64,000 bases of DNA from the NCBI GenBank assembly GCA_963702425.1, contig CAVPCQ010000037.1, positions 320,001 to 384,000 of the forward strand. The letters are read 5' to 3'. Both the position numbers and the translations under genes were made by a program. How positions within the stretch are numbered: position 1 is the first letter of the stretch; the number at the start of each line of letters is the position of its first letter. This document shows positions 38,883-48,773 of this stretch, in pieces. Under the pieces are notes generated by a model. The model was not told where the DNA came from. It searched no databases and worked only from the letters and a program-made list of their open reading frames with translations. The DNA is from an uncultured Acidobacteriota bacterium (lineage in GTDB: Bacteria; Acidobacteriota; Polarisedimenticolia; J045).

Positions 38883-39577
38883 GGCCGCGTCCGATCCGCG
38901 GCGTCGTCGGCCGGGTCGACCGGGCCGGCCGGGACGGCGAGCCGCCCGCGGCCGGCGAGCTGCTCGATCACCCGGGCGACCGACTGGCCGAGAGTGAGCT
39001 GCGCGGTGTCGAGCACCAGCTCGGGCGCATCCGGCGGCTCGTAGGGCGCGGAGATCCCGGTGAAGTCGGACAGTTCGCCGGCACGGGCCTTGCGGTAGAG
39101 GCCCTTCGGGTCGCGCGCCTCGCAGACGGCCAGCGGGGTGTCGAGGAAGACCTCGACGAAGCGCTCGCCGCCGGCTGCGTCGCGGGCGCGCTGCCGGTCG
39201 GCGCGGTAGGGCGAGATGAAGGCGACGAGCGCGATCAGGCCGGCGTCGGCGAACAGCGCGGCGACCTCGCCAATGCGGCGGATGTTCTCCTCGCGGTCGG
39301 CGGCCGAGAAGCCGAGGTCGCGGTTCAGGCGGTCGCGCACGTTGTCGCCGTCGAGGACGTAGGCCGCACGGCCGGCGTCGAGCAGCCGCTTCTCGAGCGC
39401 GTGGGCGACGGTCGACTTGCCGGATCCCGACAGTCCCGTGAACCAGACGACGGTGCCCTGCTGGCCGAGCAGCCGCGCGCGGTCGGCCGGCCCGACGAGT
39501 CCCCGGTGGGGCACGACGACGCGCTCCCGGCCGGCGCCGGGCCTGCGCTCCCGCTCCGTTCGACGGCCGGCGTCCAC
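38879..39577 (-). CDS. cysC: adenylyl-sulfate (APS) kinase
   Basis: [49 protein letters not shown]. Confidence 0.95.
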   Translation of the reverse strand: MDAGRRTERERRPGAGRERVVVPHRGLVGPADRARLLGQQGTVVWFTGLSGSGKSTVAHALEKRLLDAGRAAYVLDGDNVRDRLNRDLGFSAADREENIRRIGEVAALFADAGLIALVAFISPYRADRQRARDAAGGERFVEVFLDTPLAVCEARDPKGLYRKARAGELSDFTGISAPYEPPDAPELVLDTAQLTLGQSVARVIEQLAGRGRLAVPAGPVDPADDAADRTRP

Positions 39578-39793
39578 TCCGTACCCTCACGCTCGGCACG
39601 CCCCCCGGTCGGCCGAGCAGCGATTCTAGCCCGGATCATCCCCGAAGGCCGGGTTGCAACGGCAGACCGCGGCGCCGCTCGGCGGTGCCGTGCCCGCCCG
39701 GTTGACCCGGCCCGGCGAGCGGGGTATCAACACCGCGCCGTGCGCACCCCGGCGCGACGCCGCGGGCGGCGCGACACGAGCGAGGAGCGCCGC

Positions 39794-41845
39794 GTGACCA
39801 TCGCGTTCGAGACGGGGGCCGACGGCGCGCCGGTCCTGCGCGTCGGCGCCCGCGCCGTGCCGTTCTTTCCGTTGCTCGTCGGGGCGGCCGCCCTGGCTGC
39901 GACGGCGAACGTGATCGCCAACGGCTGGACGCTCGACGCCGAGGTCGACATCCTCGCCAACCGCCTGGTGCGCGGTCCGGTCTCGGCGCTGCCGGCGCTG
40001 CTCACGAGCGACTACACGGCGGGGAGCAACCTGCCGAGCGGCTTCTGGCGCCCGGTCGTGCTGCTCTGCTACTGGGTGCTGTGGCGCCTCGGCCTCGGCA
40101 CGCCGATCGCCTTTTACGCGGCGAACGTTGCGCTCCACGCCGGGATCTCGGTCGGGGTCTTCCACCTCGCGCGGCGGCTCGGTGCGACCGCCGCGGCGGC
40201 CCTCGCCGGAGGGCTGCTCTTCGCCGTGCACCCGGTCCACGCCGACGTCACGGCCGGGGTGGTCGGCCTCAAGGACCTGCTGGCGGCCGGCGGATTCGTC
40301 GCCGGCTACCTGCTGCTGCTCGCGGCGCGCGGCGCGGCCGCGGCCGGAGACCCGCGCCGCGGGCGGAAGCTCACGGCCGGAGGGCTGGCCTGCTTCCTGG
40401 CCGGCGTGCTGAGCAAGGAGAGCGCGCTCGCACTCCTGCCGTGCGTCGTGCTGATCGATCTCGCGGGCACGCTCATGCGGCGTAGGGAAGGGAGCGGGCC
40501 GCGGCGGCGCGGCGGGCGCGCGGCGGCTGCCGCGGCCGGGTCGGCGGGGTCACTCCTCGCGCTGCAGTACGCGGGGATGCTGGCCGTGGTCGCGCTCAAG
40601 TTCGGGCTTCAGCAGGCGCTCCTGGGCGGGACGATCGAGCGCGTCGCGATCGACCCCGTGGACAACCCGCTGTCGCTGCTGCCGGCGGTCGAGAGCCGGC
40701 TGCAGGCGCTGGCCTTCATTCCGTTCTATCTCCGGCTGCTCTGCTGGCCGGCGCGGCTGGCGCCCGACTACTCGTACAACGCCTTGCCGCTCGCCGCGAC
40801 CGCGATGCCGCCCGGCGCGTGGCTCGGACTGGCGCTCGCGTTGGCGGTGCTCGGCGCGGCCGTCCTCGCCTTCGTCAGGCGGGAGCGGCTCCTGCTCGCC
40901 GCGCTCACCCTCGGGGCAGCGACTTACCTCCCTGTCTCGAACCTGGTGATCACGCTGGGCACGAACGCTGCGGAGCGCTTCCTGTACCTGCCCTCGATCG
41001 GCTTCTGCCTCGCCGCCGGGTGGGCCGTCGGCCGACTGCTCGAGCGGCCGCGGCTCCCGGCGCGCCTGGTGTGGGGCGCGCTCGCACTCCTGGTCGGCCT
41101 CGGGATCGTGCGCAGCGACCTGCGCAACCGCGACTGGAGCGACAAGGCCACGCTCTGGGGTGCAGCGCACGAGGTCGTCCCGCGCAACCTGAAGGTCGTG
41201 CTCAACCTCTCGCAGCACCTGCTGGCGCGGGGCGAGGTCGACCGCGCGCTGACGATGCTCGACGGCGCGCTCGCACAGCAGGACCCGCTCCTGGCGACCC
41301 AGCCGCTGCTTGCCGCCTACCGCCCGCTGCTGAAGGGCCAGCGCGCCGCGGCGCTGGCCCAGGCCGGGCGCGGCGCCGAGGCACGCGCGCTGTTCGCGGA
41401 GGCGCTCGCCGAGGCGCCGGAACAGCCCGACCCGCGGATCCGGCTGGCGCGGCTCCTCAACCGCGAAGGGGAGAGCGCGCGGGCGCTCGTCGAGCTGGAG
41501 GCGGTGTTGCGCCTCGACCTGACGACGGCCGAACTGGCGCGGGTCGAGGAGGAGAAGCTGATCGCGCTCGCGGCGCTCGAGCCCGGCGGGAGCGAGGAAA
41601 CCGCCCAGCGGGCGATCCGGCTGGTGCTGGAGGGGCCGCTGCCCGAGGCGCGGGCGGCGGTCCGCTCGCTCGCAGCGGCCGCGCCGGAGCGGGCGCTGCC
41701 GCCGTACCTGCTCGGCTTCGTGGAGCGCCGGATGGGGCGCCCGGACGCGGCGCGCGAGGCCTGGCGCGCGGCGCGCGCGCGGGCACCCGCGGGCAGCCCG
41801 CTGGCGGCCGAGATCGATCGGCAGCTGGCGCTGCTGGCGCGCTGA
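39794..41845 (+). CDS. TMTC/DUF1736-like GT-C protein glycosyltransferase with C-terminal TPRs
   Basis: N-terminal TLD...ILANR, FWRPV, NVALH, LFAVHPVH, LSKESA, DNPL, YLRLLCWPARLAPDYS, AERFLYLPS, RNRDW, then TPR helices. Confidence 0.8.
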   Translation: MTIAFETGADGAPVLRVGARAVPFFPLLVGAAALAATANVIANGWTLDAEVDILANRLVRGPVSALPALLTSDYTAGSNLPSGFWRPVVLLCYWVLWRLGLGTPIAFYAANVALHAGISVGVFHLARRLGATAAAALAGGLLFAVHPVHADVTAGVVGLKDLLAAGGFVAGYLLLLAARGAAAAGDPRRGRKLTAGGLACFLAGVLSKESALALLPCVVLIDLAGTLMRRREGSGPRRRGGRAAAAAAGSAGSLLALQYAGMLAVVALKFGLQQALLGGTIERVAIDPVDNPLSLLPAVESRLQALAFIPFYLRLLCWPARLAPDYSYNALPLAATAMPPGAWLGLALALAVLGAAVLAFVRRERLLLAALTLGAATYLPVSNLVITLGTNAAERFLYLPSIGFCLAAGWAVGRLLERPRLPARLVWGALALLVGLGIVRSDLRNRDWSDKATLWGAAHEVVPRNLKVVLNLSQHLLARGEVDRALTMLDGALAQQDPLLATQPLLAAYRPLLKGQRAAALAQAGRGAEARALFAEALAEAPEQPDPRIRLARLLNREGESARALVELEAVLRLDLTTAELARVEEEKLIALAALEPGGSEETAQRAIRLVLEGPLPEARAAVRSLAAAAPERALPPYLLGFVERRMGRPDAAREAWRAARARAPAGSPLAAEIDRQLALLAR

Positions 41846-41858
41846 GGCGGCAGGGCGA

Positions 41859-43568
41859 CTACCGGACGACCTCGTAGATCTGGAACACCTCGTCCGGTTG
41901 ACGGCTGAAGGCGAACGGCAGCATCCCGATGAACTGGGCATAGAACCCGGCGCGGCTCCGCGCGTTGAAGAGCCGTAGCGGGAGCGCCGACGCGTAGCGT
42001 GTGGCTCCCGCGGGCGCCAGGCGGCTCCGGACCTCCGGCGAGGGAGCCCAGAACCGCGGCATCTCCGGCATCACCACGAGGTCTCCGCGCGCAGGAGCCG
42101 TGGAGTCGGCGTGGAGGTAGCGCGCGCCGGCCCGCTCCATGTAGTAGTGCATCCCCCACTCACCGACGTACCAGACGTTCGAGCCCGCAGGACGTGTTGC
42201 GCGCAGTGCCGTCACGGACTTCGCGAACTCCCGGTACGTTTCCGCGTACCTGTAGTCCGAGTAGGCCGAAGCGAGGGCCATCACTGCGGCGCCGCAGAGC
42301 ACGAGACCGACAGCAGCGCGTCGACCGCGCGTGGCGACGTTCCACGCCGGGTCGCTCAGCAGGAGGATCAGCATCGCGGGATAGGCGGGAAGGGGGTAGC
42401 GCGCCGCGCTGAACGGGAGCAGGAAGACGCAGTAGCCGACCACGCAGCCGATCCACGCCAGCAGGAAGACCTCGCGCGCCGATTCGCCCCGCCTTCTTGC
42501 GCCCGCCCGGGCCGTCTCGGCCAGCGTGACGAGCGCCAGCAGGCCGGCCGCCACGAAGGCCGAGAGGGCGAGCTGCGCGCCGAGCGGATAGCGAGCGACC
42601 GCCAGCGTGAGGGGATAGGAGACCGCGAGCAGGAGCAGGTACCGGAGCAGGCCCCTGCGGACGAGGCGTCCCTGCAGCGCGTAGTGAAGCGGCAGCACCA
42701 GGGCCAGGGAGGCGCCGACGAACGCGAGAACCGACACGCTGCGATGGAGCATCAGCAACGGCGTCAGGCCCTTTCGCAGCTCGCCGCCGATGCTCGCCTG
42801 GGAGTCGGCGAGCCTGCTCTTGAGCAAGGGGAAGATGTCGTAGAGGGCGTAGACCGCGACCAGCCAGGCCGCGAGGACGAGCAGCGGCAGCAGCGCGGCG
42901 GCGACGGTGGCCGCGGTCGCCCGCCGGCGCGCCAGGGCGTACAGGAGGACGAGCGGGACGAAGATCCCGATCTGGTACGACGTGAAGATCGCCAGGGTCA
43001 GCGCGACGCTTCCCAGCCAGAGCATGCGCGGGGCGTCCTGCTCGATCCCACGGACGAAACCCGCCAGCGCGAGGAGCAGGAAGGCGACGGCCGGGACGTC
43101 GGTCATCACGTTTTGGGCGTTCACGATGAACGCGGGTAGCGTGGCGAAGAAGCCCGCCAGGACGAGGCGCAGCCAGCCGGCTCCCGGGAAGAGCGCGGCA
43201 CTCAGCGCGATGAGGGAGACCAGCGCGATCACCGGGAAGACCAGGAAGGCGGTGTGGAGCGCGATCTCGCTCTCGCCGAAGACCGCCTTGACGATCTTGA
43301 TGAAGTACGGGACGAGCAGGGGGTGCGTGATCTCGTAGGGCAGGAGCTGCGGGATCACCCCACCGCCGAAATCGTAGTCGACCGGCGTGGCGTGCAGGGG
43401 ATTCCAGCCGATCATCCCGGCCAGGTTGAGAAACGCCGGGTCGTCGATGTGGAAAGCCTTCTGCACGAAAGGCAGACAGAGTACGAGTGTCAGGCCGATC
43501 GCCAGGGCCACGGCGGCGCGTGGTGCGAACTCCGGCCCGTTCGCGTCGTCTCCGACCGACCTCGTCAC
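41859..43568 (-). CDS. GT-C fold membrane glycosyltransferase (GT39/ArnT-like)
   Basis: FHIDDPAF (acidic pair in the first external loop), THPLLVPY, NVMTDVP, ARYPLP; many TM helices. Confidence 0.72.
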   Translation of the reverse strand: MTRSVGDDANGPEFAPRAAVALAIGLTLVLCLPFVQKAFHIDDPAFLNLAGMIGWNPLHATPVDYDFGGGVIPQLLPYEITHPLLVPYFIKIVKAVFGESEIALHTAFLVFPVIALVSLIALSAALFPGAGWLRLVLAGFFATLPAFIVNAQNVMTDVPAVAFLLLALAGFVRGIEQDAPRMLWLGSVALTLAIFTSYQIGIFVPLVLLYALARRRATAATVAAALLPLLVLAAWLVAVYALYDIFPLLKSRLADSQASIGGELRKGLTPLLMLHRSVSVLAFVGASLALVLPLHYALQGRLVRRGLLRYLLLLAVSYPLTLAVARYPLGAQLALSAFVAAGLLALVTLAETARAGARRRGESAREVFLLAWIGCVVGYCVFLLPFSAARYPLPAYPAMLILLLSDPAWNVATRGRRAAVGLVLCGAAVMALASAYSDYRYAETYREFAKSVTALRATRPAGSNVWYVGEWGMHYYMERAGARYLHADSTAPARGDLVVMPEMPRFWAPSPEVRSRLAPAGATRYASALPLRLFNARSRAGFYAQFIGMLPFAFSRQPDEVFQIYEVVR

Positions 43569-43580
43569 GGCTCGAACCCT

Positions 43581-44714
43581 CTACTCGAAGAATGCGGCAA
43601 GCTGGCCGCAGATCTGGTCGAGAACGCCGTCCTCGAGCCCGATCCAGAGCGGCAGCCGGACCAGGCGCTCGCTGACCGCATCGGTCACGGGCAGCTCGCC
43701 GTTCGTGCGGCCGTATCGCCGGCCGGCCGGCGAGCTGTGAAGCGGGATGTAATGGAAGATCGCCCCGATCTCCCGCGCCCTGAGATGCTCGAGGAGCTTC
43801 GTCCGGGTTCCGGCATCGGGGGCGAGGACGTAGTACATGTGTGCATTGTGCCGGGCGTAGTCGGGGATGACCGGACGCCTGAGCTTCCCGGCCTGCTCGA
43901 GGCCCGCGACCCGCGTGTGGTACTTCTCCCAGAGCGCCAGCCGCCGCGTCGTGATGCTCTCCGCGTGCTGCATCTGGCTGAACAGGAAGGCTGCGACGAT
44001 CTCGCTCGGGAGATACGAGGAGCCGATGTCGACCCAGGTGTACTTGTCCACCTGGCCGCGGAAGAACCGGCTGCGGTTCGTGCCCTTCTCCCTGATGATC
44101 TCGGCCCGCTCGCTGAACCGGGAATCGTTGATCAGGAGGGCGCCGCCCTCGCCGGAGATGATGTTCTTGGTCTCGTGGAAGCTGAGGGCGGCCAGCTGCC
44201 CGAGGCTGCCCAGCGGCTTCCCCTTGTAAGCGCACATGATTCCCTGCGCCGCGTCCTCGACGACGAGCAGGCCGTGCTGCTGTGCAAGCGCCATGATCGG
44301 GTCCATGTCGCACGACACGCCGGCGTAGTGGACGACGACGATCGCCCGGGTCCGCCCCGTGATCGCCGCCTCGATCAGGGTCTCGTCGATGTTCAGCGTG
44401 TCGTCACGGATGTCCACGAACACCGGGACCCCGCCCCGCAGCACGAAGGCATTGGCCGTGGAGACGAAGGTGAACGAGGGCATGATCACTTCGTCGCCGG
44501 GCTCGATCTCCGCCAGGATGGCCGCCATCTCGAGGGCCGCGGTGCAGGAATGGGTGAGGAGCGCGCGGTCACAGCCGATCCGCTCCTCGAGCCAGGCGTG
44601 GCAGCGCTTGGTGAACGGACCCTCGCCGGAGAGGTGGCCGTTCTCGTGGGCCTCGCGGATGCAGTCCAGTTCGGTGCCGGTCATGTAGGGCTTGTTGAAC
44701 GGGATCATCGGCAT
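43581..44714 (-). CDS. rffA: dTDP-4-amino-4,6-dideoxygalactose transaminase
   Basis: IPFNKP, LTHSCTAALEM, VEDAAQG, SFHETKNIISGEGG, EKGTNRSRFFRGQVDKYTW, FHYIPLH. Confidence 0.93.
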   Translation of the reverse strand: MPMIPFNKPYMTGTELDCIREAHENGHLSGEGPFTKRCHAWLEERIGCDRALLTHSCTAALEMAAILAEIEPGDEVIMPSFTFVSTANAFVLRGGVPVFVDIRDDTLNIDETLIEAAITGRTRAIVVVHYAGVSCDMDPIMALAQQHGLLVVEDAAQGIMCAYKGKPLGSLGQLAALSFHETKNIISGEGGALLINDSRFSERAEIIREKGTNRSRFFRGQVDKYTWVDIGSSYLPSEIVAAFLFSQMQHAESITTRRLALWEKYHTRVAGLEQAGKLRRPVIPDYARHNAHMYYVLAPDAGTRTKLLEHLRAREIGAIFHYIPLHSSPAGRRYGRTNGELPVTDAVSERLVRLPLWIGLEDGVLDQICGQLAAFFE

Positions 44715-44717
44715 GAC

Positions 44718-45437
44718 TCAGTTCTCTCCCGGCCCGGAGCGCGGATCGTCTCGCCAGCCCCAGATGTGCCACGGGGCATCGGGGCCCACGTTGAAGAGCA
44801 GGTCGACGATGGAGACGGCGTGGGTGAACGGCGGATACGCCTGCGGGTACTCCGGGTAGCCGGCATAGGACTTGTAGACCAGCCGAACGCCCGCCTCGGC
44901 GAACCGGGACGCGTCGATGTAGTCCCGGGCCGAGGGGCCGCTCACGTAGGTCTCGGCGCCGGCCCGCCTCAGCAGGTCGAGCAGGCGGTCGGCCTTGTTG
45001 CCCTGGGCCTGGAACTCGACCGAATCGCGGAACTCCGTCGTGATGCCCAGGAAGTTCTTCGCAATCGAAATGACGAGGAACTGGTTCAGCTCCGAGAGAT
45101 TCTGCCAGGAGCGCTCCAGCAGCGCGTGCTCGAAGAACGGCCCGTACGCTCCGAAATGGGGCGCCCGCGAATAGTACTGCCGGATCGATTTCCAGTGCTT
45201 GGTCGACCAGCGCTGATCGACGATGGCGACCTCCCGGATCAGGCGGTTCGTCGCGGTGCCGACGGGGATCGTGAGCCAGCTCGTGCCGCTCGGGGTCTTG
45301 ATGAGGTTGCGGTTGCGCCAGTCGTTCTTGGTGAACTGGGTATCATCGTAGAAGACGAAGCAGTCGACGTCGTGAATGATGTCGAAGTACCCCTTCCAGG
45401 GCAGATAGTTCGACTGGATCACGGCAACTCGCGTCAT
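44718..45437 (-). CDS. WbqC-family protein (putative glycyl transferase)
   Basis: IQSNYLPWKGYF, YDDTQFTKNDWRNRN, YVSGPSA, SIVDLLFNVG. Confidence 0.9.
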   Translation of the reverse strand: MTRVAVIQSNYLPWKGYFDIIHDVDCFVFYDDTQFTKNDWRNRNLIKTPSGTSWLTIPVGTATNRLIREVAIVDQRWSTKHWKSIRQYYSRAPHFGAYGPFFEHALLERSWQNLSELNQFLVISIAKNFLGITTEFRDSVEFQAQGNKADRLLDLLRRAGAETYVSGPSARDYIDASRFAEAGVRLVYKSYAGYPEYPQAYPPFTHAVSIVDLLFNVGPDAPWHIWGWRDDPRSGPGEN

Positions 45438-46027
45438 CGGTCGGCCGGGTCCCGGGACGCGGCAGTCCGGCCGCCGAAGACGGCGTTCGCCTTGATGAAC
45501 GACCCGGGCGGGACCTCCACGTGGTCGACGATCGTCGCACCGGCCCCGACGAAGGTGGCGCGCCCGACGATCGCGCAGCCACAGACGGTCGAGTTCGGCG
45601 AGAGAAACGTGTTTTCGTGGACCACGCTGTCGTGGTTGACGACCGCGCCGGGCCAGATCACCACGAGGGAAGCGATGACTGCATGAACATCGACCACGGA
45701 TCCCGCCATGATCAGCGCACCGTCACCGACGCCGCCGGCGTCGCGCACGTACGCGCGCGGGTGGACGAGGGCCGGCACCCTGTACCCCTTGGAGCGGACC
45801 GTCTGGTAGACGTTCCAGCGCGCCGAGAGGTCCCGGTAACCGACCGCGATGGCGACCTGGTAGCGGTCCGGCGGGAAGTGCTCGACGACGTGGGCCAAGC
45901 CGCCGAGGACCTCGTCACCGCCGTTGTGGTCGTCGATGTAGCCCGCGAAGCGGTGACCGCACTGGCCCACGAGGTCCTTGACGACCCGACCGAATTCGAG
46001 CGACCCGTAGACCAGCATCTCGGCCAT
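45434..46027 (-). CDS. sugar O/N-acetyltransferase (PglD/NeuD-like, left-handed beta-helix)
   Basis: N-terminal Rossmann-like region, ALVHPRA, hexapeptide repeats, VNHD. Confidence 0.85.
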   Translation of the reverse strand: MAEMLVYGSLEFGRVVKDLVGQCGHRFAGYIDDHNGGDEVLGGLAHVVEHFPPDRYQVAIAVGYRDLSARWNVYQTVRSKGYRVPALVHPRAYVRDAGGVGDGALIMAGSVVDVHAVIASLVVIWPGAVVNHDSVVHENTFLSPNSTVCGCAIVGRATFVGAGATIVDHVEVPPGSFIKANAVFGGRTAASRDPADR

Positions 46028-46029
46028 GA

Positions 46030-46968
46030 TCAGCGGCTCTCATCCTGGGCGGGGCCGGTTTCCCTGGAGACGAGGTAGAGGGGTTTCTTCGTCGACTTGA
46101 AGTTCATGCGGCCGAGGTACTCGCCGAAGATGCCGAGAATCAGGAGCTCGATGCCGCCGAAGAGGATGATGCAGGCCATGATCGAGGCGAAGCCGCTGAC
46201 GGTGATGCCGCCAAGCAGTCGGCGCAGGACGATGACGAGCAGCCACACCATGCCGATCAGGAACGAGCAAAGCCCGAGCCATGAAGCGAGTTTCAAGGGA
46301 AGGTCGGAGAAAGTCACGAAGATGTTGATCGTGTGGAAGAGCAGTTTCTTGAAGGTGTAGTTGCTTGCGCCATGGGCCCGGCTGCGATGCTCGACTTCGA
46401 CGCTGGCGCAGTTGTTCGTCACCCACGACAGGTATCCGTCCACGAACGGAAACGGAGAGTCGAAAGCGGTGACGGCCTCGGCGATGTTTCGCTGGACGAC
46501 GCGGAAGGAGCTGTATTCGTAGTTCAGGGTCGGGATGGCGAGACGGAAGAGCCTGCGGGCGATTCCGGAGGTGAGATTGCGCCACCAGGCGTGAGTCGGT
46601 TCTGGGAAGACCCCGTACACGAGGACGAACCCCTCCCTGGCCTTCGCGTAGAGCGCGGGAATCGCCTCGGGCGGATGTTCGAGGTCGTCGTCGATGGTGA
46701 CGATCCAGTCCCCTCGGGCCCTGGAGAAGCCGCAGATCGTCGCCGCATGCTGGCCGAAGTTGCGGCTGAGCTGAATCCCCCGGATGCGCGGGTCGGTGGC
46801 CGACAACTCGTGGATGATCGCCCACGAGCGGTCCCCGCCGCAGTCTTCGACGAGGAGGATCTCGTAGTCTGCCGTGATCGACTCGAGTGCCGCCTTCGAG
46901 CGGCGACAGAGCTCGCGCAGCGACTCCTCGGCCTTGTACACGGGGACGATCATGGAGAGGTGGGGCAT
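46030..46968 (-). CDS. polyprenyl-phosphate glycosyltransferase (ArnC/GtrB-like GT2)
   Basis: IVPVYK, LVEDCGGD, LSRNFGQHAA, TIDDDLEHPPE, two C-terminal TM helices, LGIFGEYLGR. Confidence 0.9.
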   Translation of the reverse strand: MPHLSMIVPVYKAEESLRELCRRSKAALESITADYEILLVEDCGGDRSWAIIHELSATDPRIRGIQLSRNFGQHAATICGFSRARGDWIVTIDDDLEHPPEAIPALYAKAREGFVLVYGVFPEPTHAWWRNLTSGIARRLFRLAIPTLNYEYSSFRVVQRNIAEAVTAFDSPFPFVDGYLSWVTNNCASVEVEHRSRAHGASNYTFKKLLFHTINIFVTFSDLPLKLASWLGLCSFLIGMVWLLVIVLRRLLGGITVSGFASIMACIILFGGIELLILGIFGEYLGRMNFKSTKKPLYLVSRETGPAQDESR

Positions 46969-47206
46969 GGGCCAGCTCCTGGGAGTCCACCGCCCGCATC
47001 GGCCCGTTCCGCCCCGGGTGCCGTGGCCGACCTCCGGCCCGAGGGACGCGGGGCGGATTGTACTCCAACGGCGTGACTCCGGGACGACCCGATCGGCAGG
47101 GGGAGGGGGAGAGGACTCCCTCTGACGCGGTCCAGGCTGTATTCTGGGCCCCGTCGGTCCGTGAGGCCGCGGACACTGCGAAGCCTCGCGCGAAGGGAGA
47201 GCACCA

Positions 47207-48601
47207 GTGAGGCTTTTCCCGTCTTCCCCGTCCCGCTTTTCCTCGGCGCGGGAGCTGTGGCGTCGCGCCGTCGGCGACCCGACGCCGTTGATCGGGTTGA
47301 TCCTGCTGCTCGTCGCGCTCAGCCACACCTGGCACGAGAACCACGACCGAGCGGCCGGGATCGACTTCTATCAATTCTGGCTCGTGGGGCGGGCGGTCGA
47401 TGAGGCGGGCGTGACGAACATCTACTCCCTCGAAGGCCGCCGCGAGCTGACCCGCATCGGGGCCGGGATCGCGGCGGTACCCGGGGGCAGCAGGCGCCTC
47501 TCGAGTGCGGCCGGGGCAAGGGAGGTCTTCGAGAATTTCTCGACGCCGTTCCTTTACGTGTGCTTCGGCTGGGCGTCCAGCGGCGACTACGACCGGGACT
47601 ACTCTCGATTCCAGGTCGTTTGCCTCGCCCTGCTGGCCGGCGCGGTCGTCTTCTTCGCTCGAGCGCTCGGCTACGGTCCCGGGCCGACCTTCCTGATGCT
47701 GCTGGCGGTCCTTCTGGGTTTTCGACCGGCCTTGTCCGACATACTCGTCGGCAACGTGAGCCGGCTCGAACTCGGTGGGATCGCGCTCGCATTCGGAATC
47801 CTCCGCAGCTCCAAGCCGTGGCGCGAGATGACCGCCGGCGCCGTGCTCGGACTGCTGCTGTTCTTCAAGCCGAACACGGTTCTCGTCGTCGTCCTGCTGC
47901 TCTTCTCGTGGCTCGTGGGCCGGCGCTGGGCGAGGCTGCTCTGGCACGGAGCCGGTTTGGCGCTGGGCTCGGTGCTCGCCATCGGCCTGTCGTGGATCTA
48001 CTTCGGCTCCGCTCGGCCGTGGCTCGACTGGCTGGCAGCGCTGACGCGGATCGAGGCCGAGAGCAATCTCGCGACGCAATCCGGGAACTTCGGCCTCGTC
48101 CGCATTCTGATGGAGCGCGGCCTTCCGGATCTGTCCCTGGTGCTGACGGCCGGGCTCAGCGGGGCCGCGGCGCTGGCGATCTGGCTCGGCGCGCGGCGCA
48201 CGGCGCGGGCGGCTGCCGGCGACGCAGTCGAAGCGCAAAGGGGGCCGGAGCACGAGTACCGGACCGAACTCATCATCGCGGCCGTCGGGCTCGCCATCCC
48301 GCTCCTCGGCTTTCGCCTGGCGTGGATGCATTACTTCGTCCTTGCGCTGCCCCTCATGGTCTGCGGGATCCGCCCCCAAGCGGTCGAGGGCCCGGATCGG
48401 ACCGTCGAGCGCTACGCCCGCTGGGTCGTCGGGATCACGGGGACGCTGCTGCTGTTCGGCGGTCTCCTCTACCTGCTGCAGTCCCAGGGCCCTCCACCGC
48501 CGGCCCTGCAGTACTCGGCCGGCACGGCCCTCCTGCTGCTCCTCGCCCTCTTCGACCTGAGCCGCAGGGGCCGTGCGCCCGGCGCTTCGAACTCGTCCTG
48601 A
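47207..48601 (+). CDS. GT87/DUF2029-like GT-C membrane glycosyltransferase
   Basis: IDFYQFW, STPFLY, GNVS, FFKP, LAWMHYFVL; many TM helices. Confidence 0.65.
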   Translation: MRLFPSSPSRFSSARELWRRAVGDPTPLIGLILLLVALSHTWHENHDRAAGIDFYQFWLVGRAVDEAGVTNIYSLEGRRELTRIGAGIAAVPGGSRRLSSAAGAREVFENFSTPFLYVCFGWASSGDYDRDYSRFQVVCLALLAGAVVFFARALGYGPGPTFLMLLAVLLGFRPALSDILVGNVSRLELGGIALAFGILRSSKPWREMTAGAVLGLLLFFKPNTVLVVVLLLFSWLVGRRWARLLWHGAGLALGSVLAIGLSWIYFGSARPWLDWLAALTRIEAESNLATQSGNFGLVRILMERGLPDLSLVLTAGLSGAAALAIWLGARRTARAAAGDAVEAQRGPEHEYRTELIIAAVGLAIPLLGFRLAWMHYFVLALPLMVCGIRPQAVEGPDRTVERYARWVVGITGTLLLFGGLLYLLQSQGPPPPALQYSAGTALLLLLALFDLSRRGRAPGASNSS

Positions 48602-48773
48602 CGCCGATCTTCGTTTCCTCTCGACGGCGCACTCGGCTCGATGCTCCCGTGGAGCGGGCGTTCCGTCGCAGCCGGTGCGGGACACCCCTCACGCTCGCGC
48701 GCGACGACTCGTCAGGCGCGGCACGCTGCTGCCCGTACGGGGCCGGGCACGGTCCCATGCCTCCTGCCTGAAG

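Noticed and set aside
47090-47205. Structured-looking leader upstream of the GT87-like gene (tRNA or riboswitch?)
   Set aside because: No cloverleaf, TTC loop or recognisable aptamer consensus; the hairpins are expected by chance at high GC.
48602-48773. Intergenic spacer between convergent genes as a possible IS scar
   Set aside because: Only short, weak inverted repeats; no convincing terminal repeats or target duplication.
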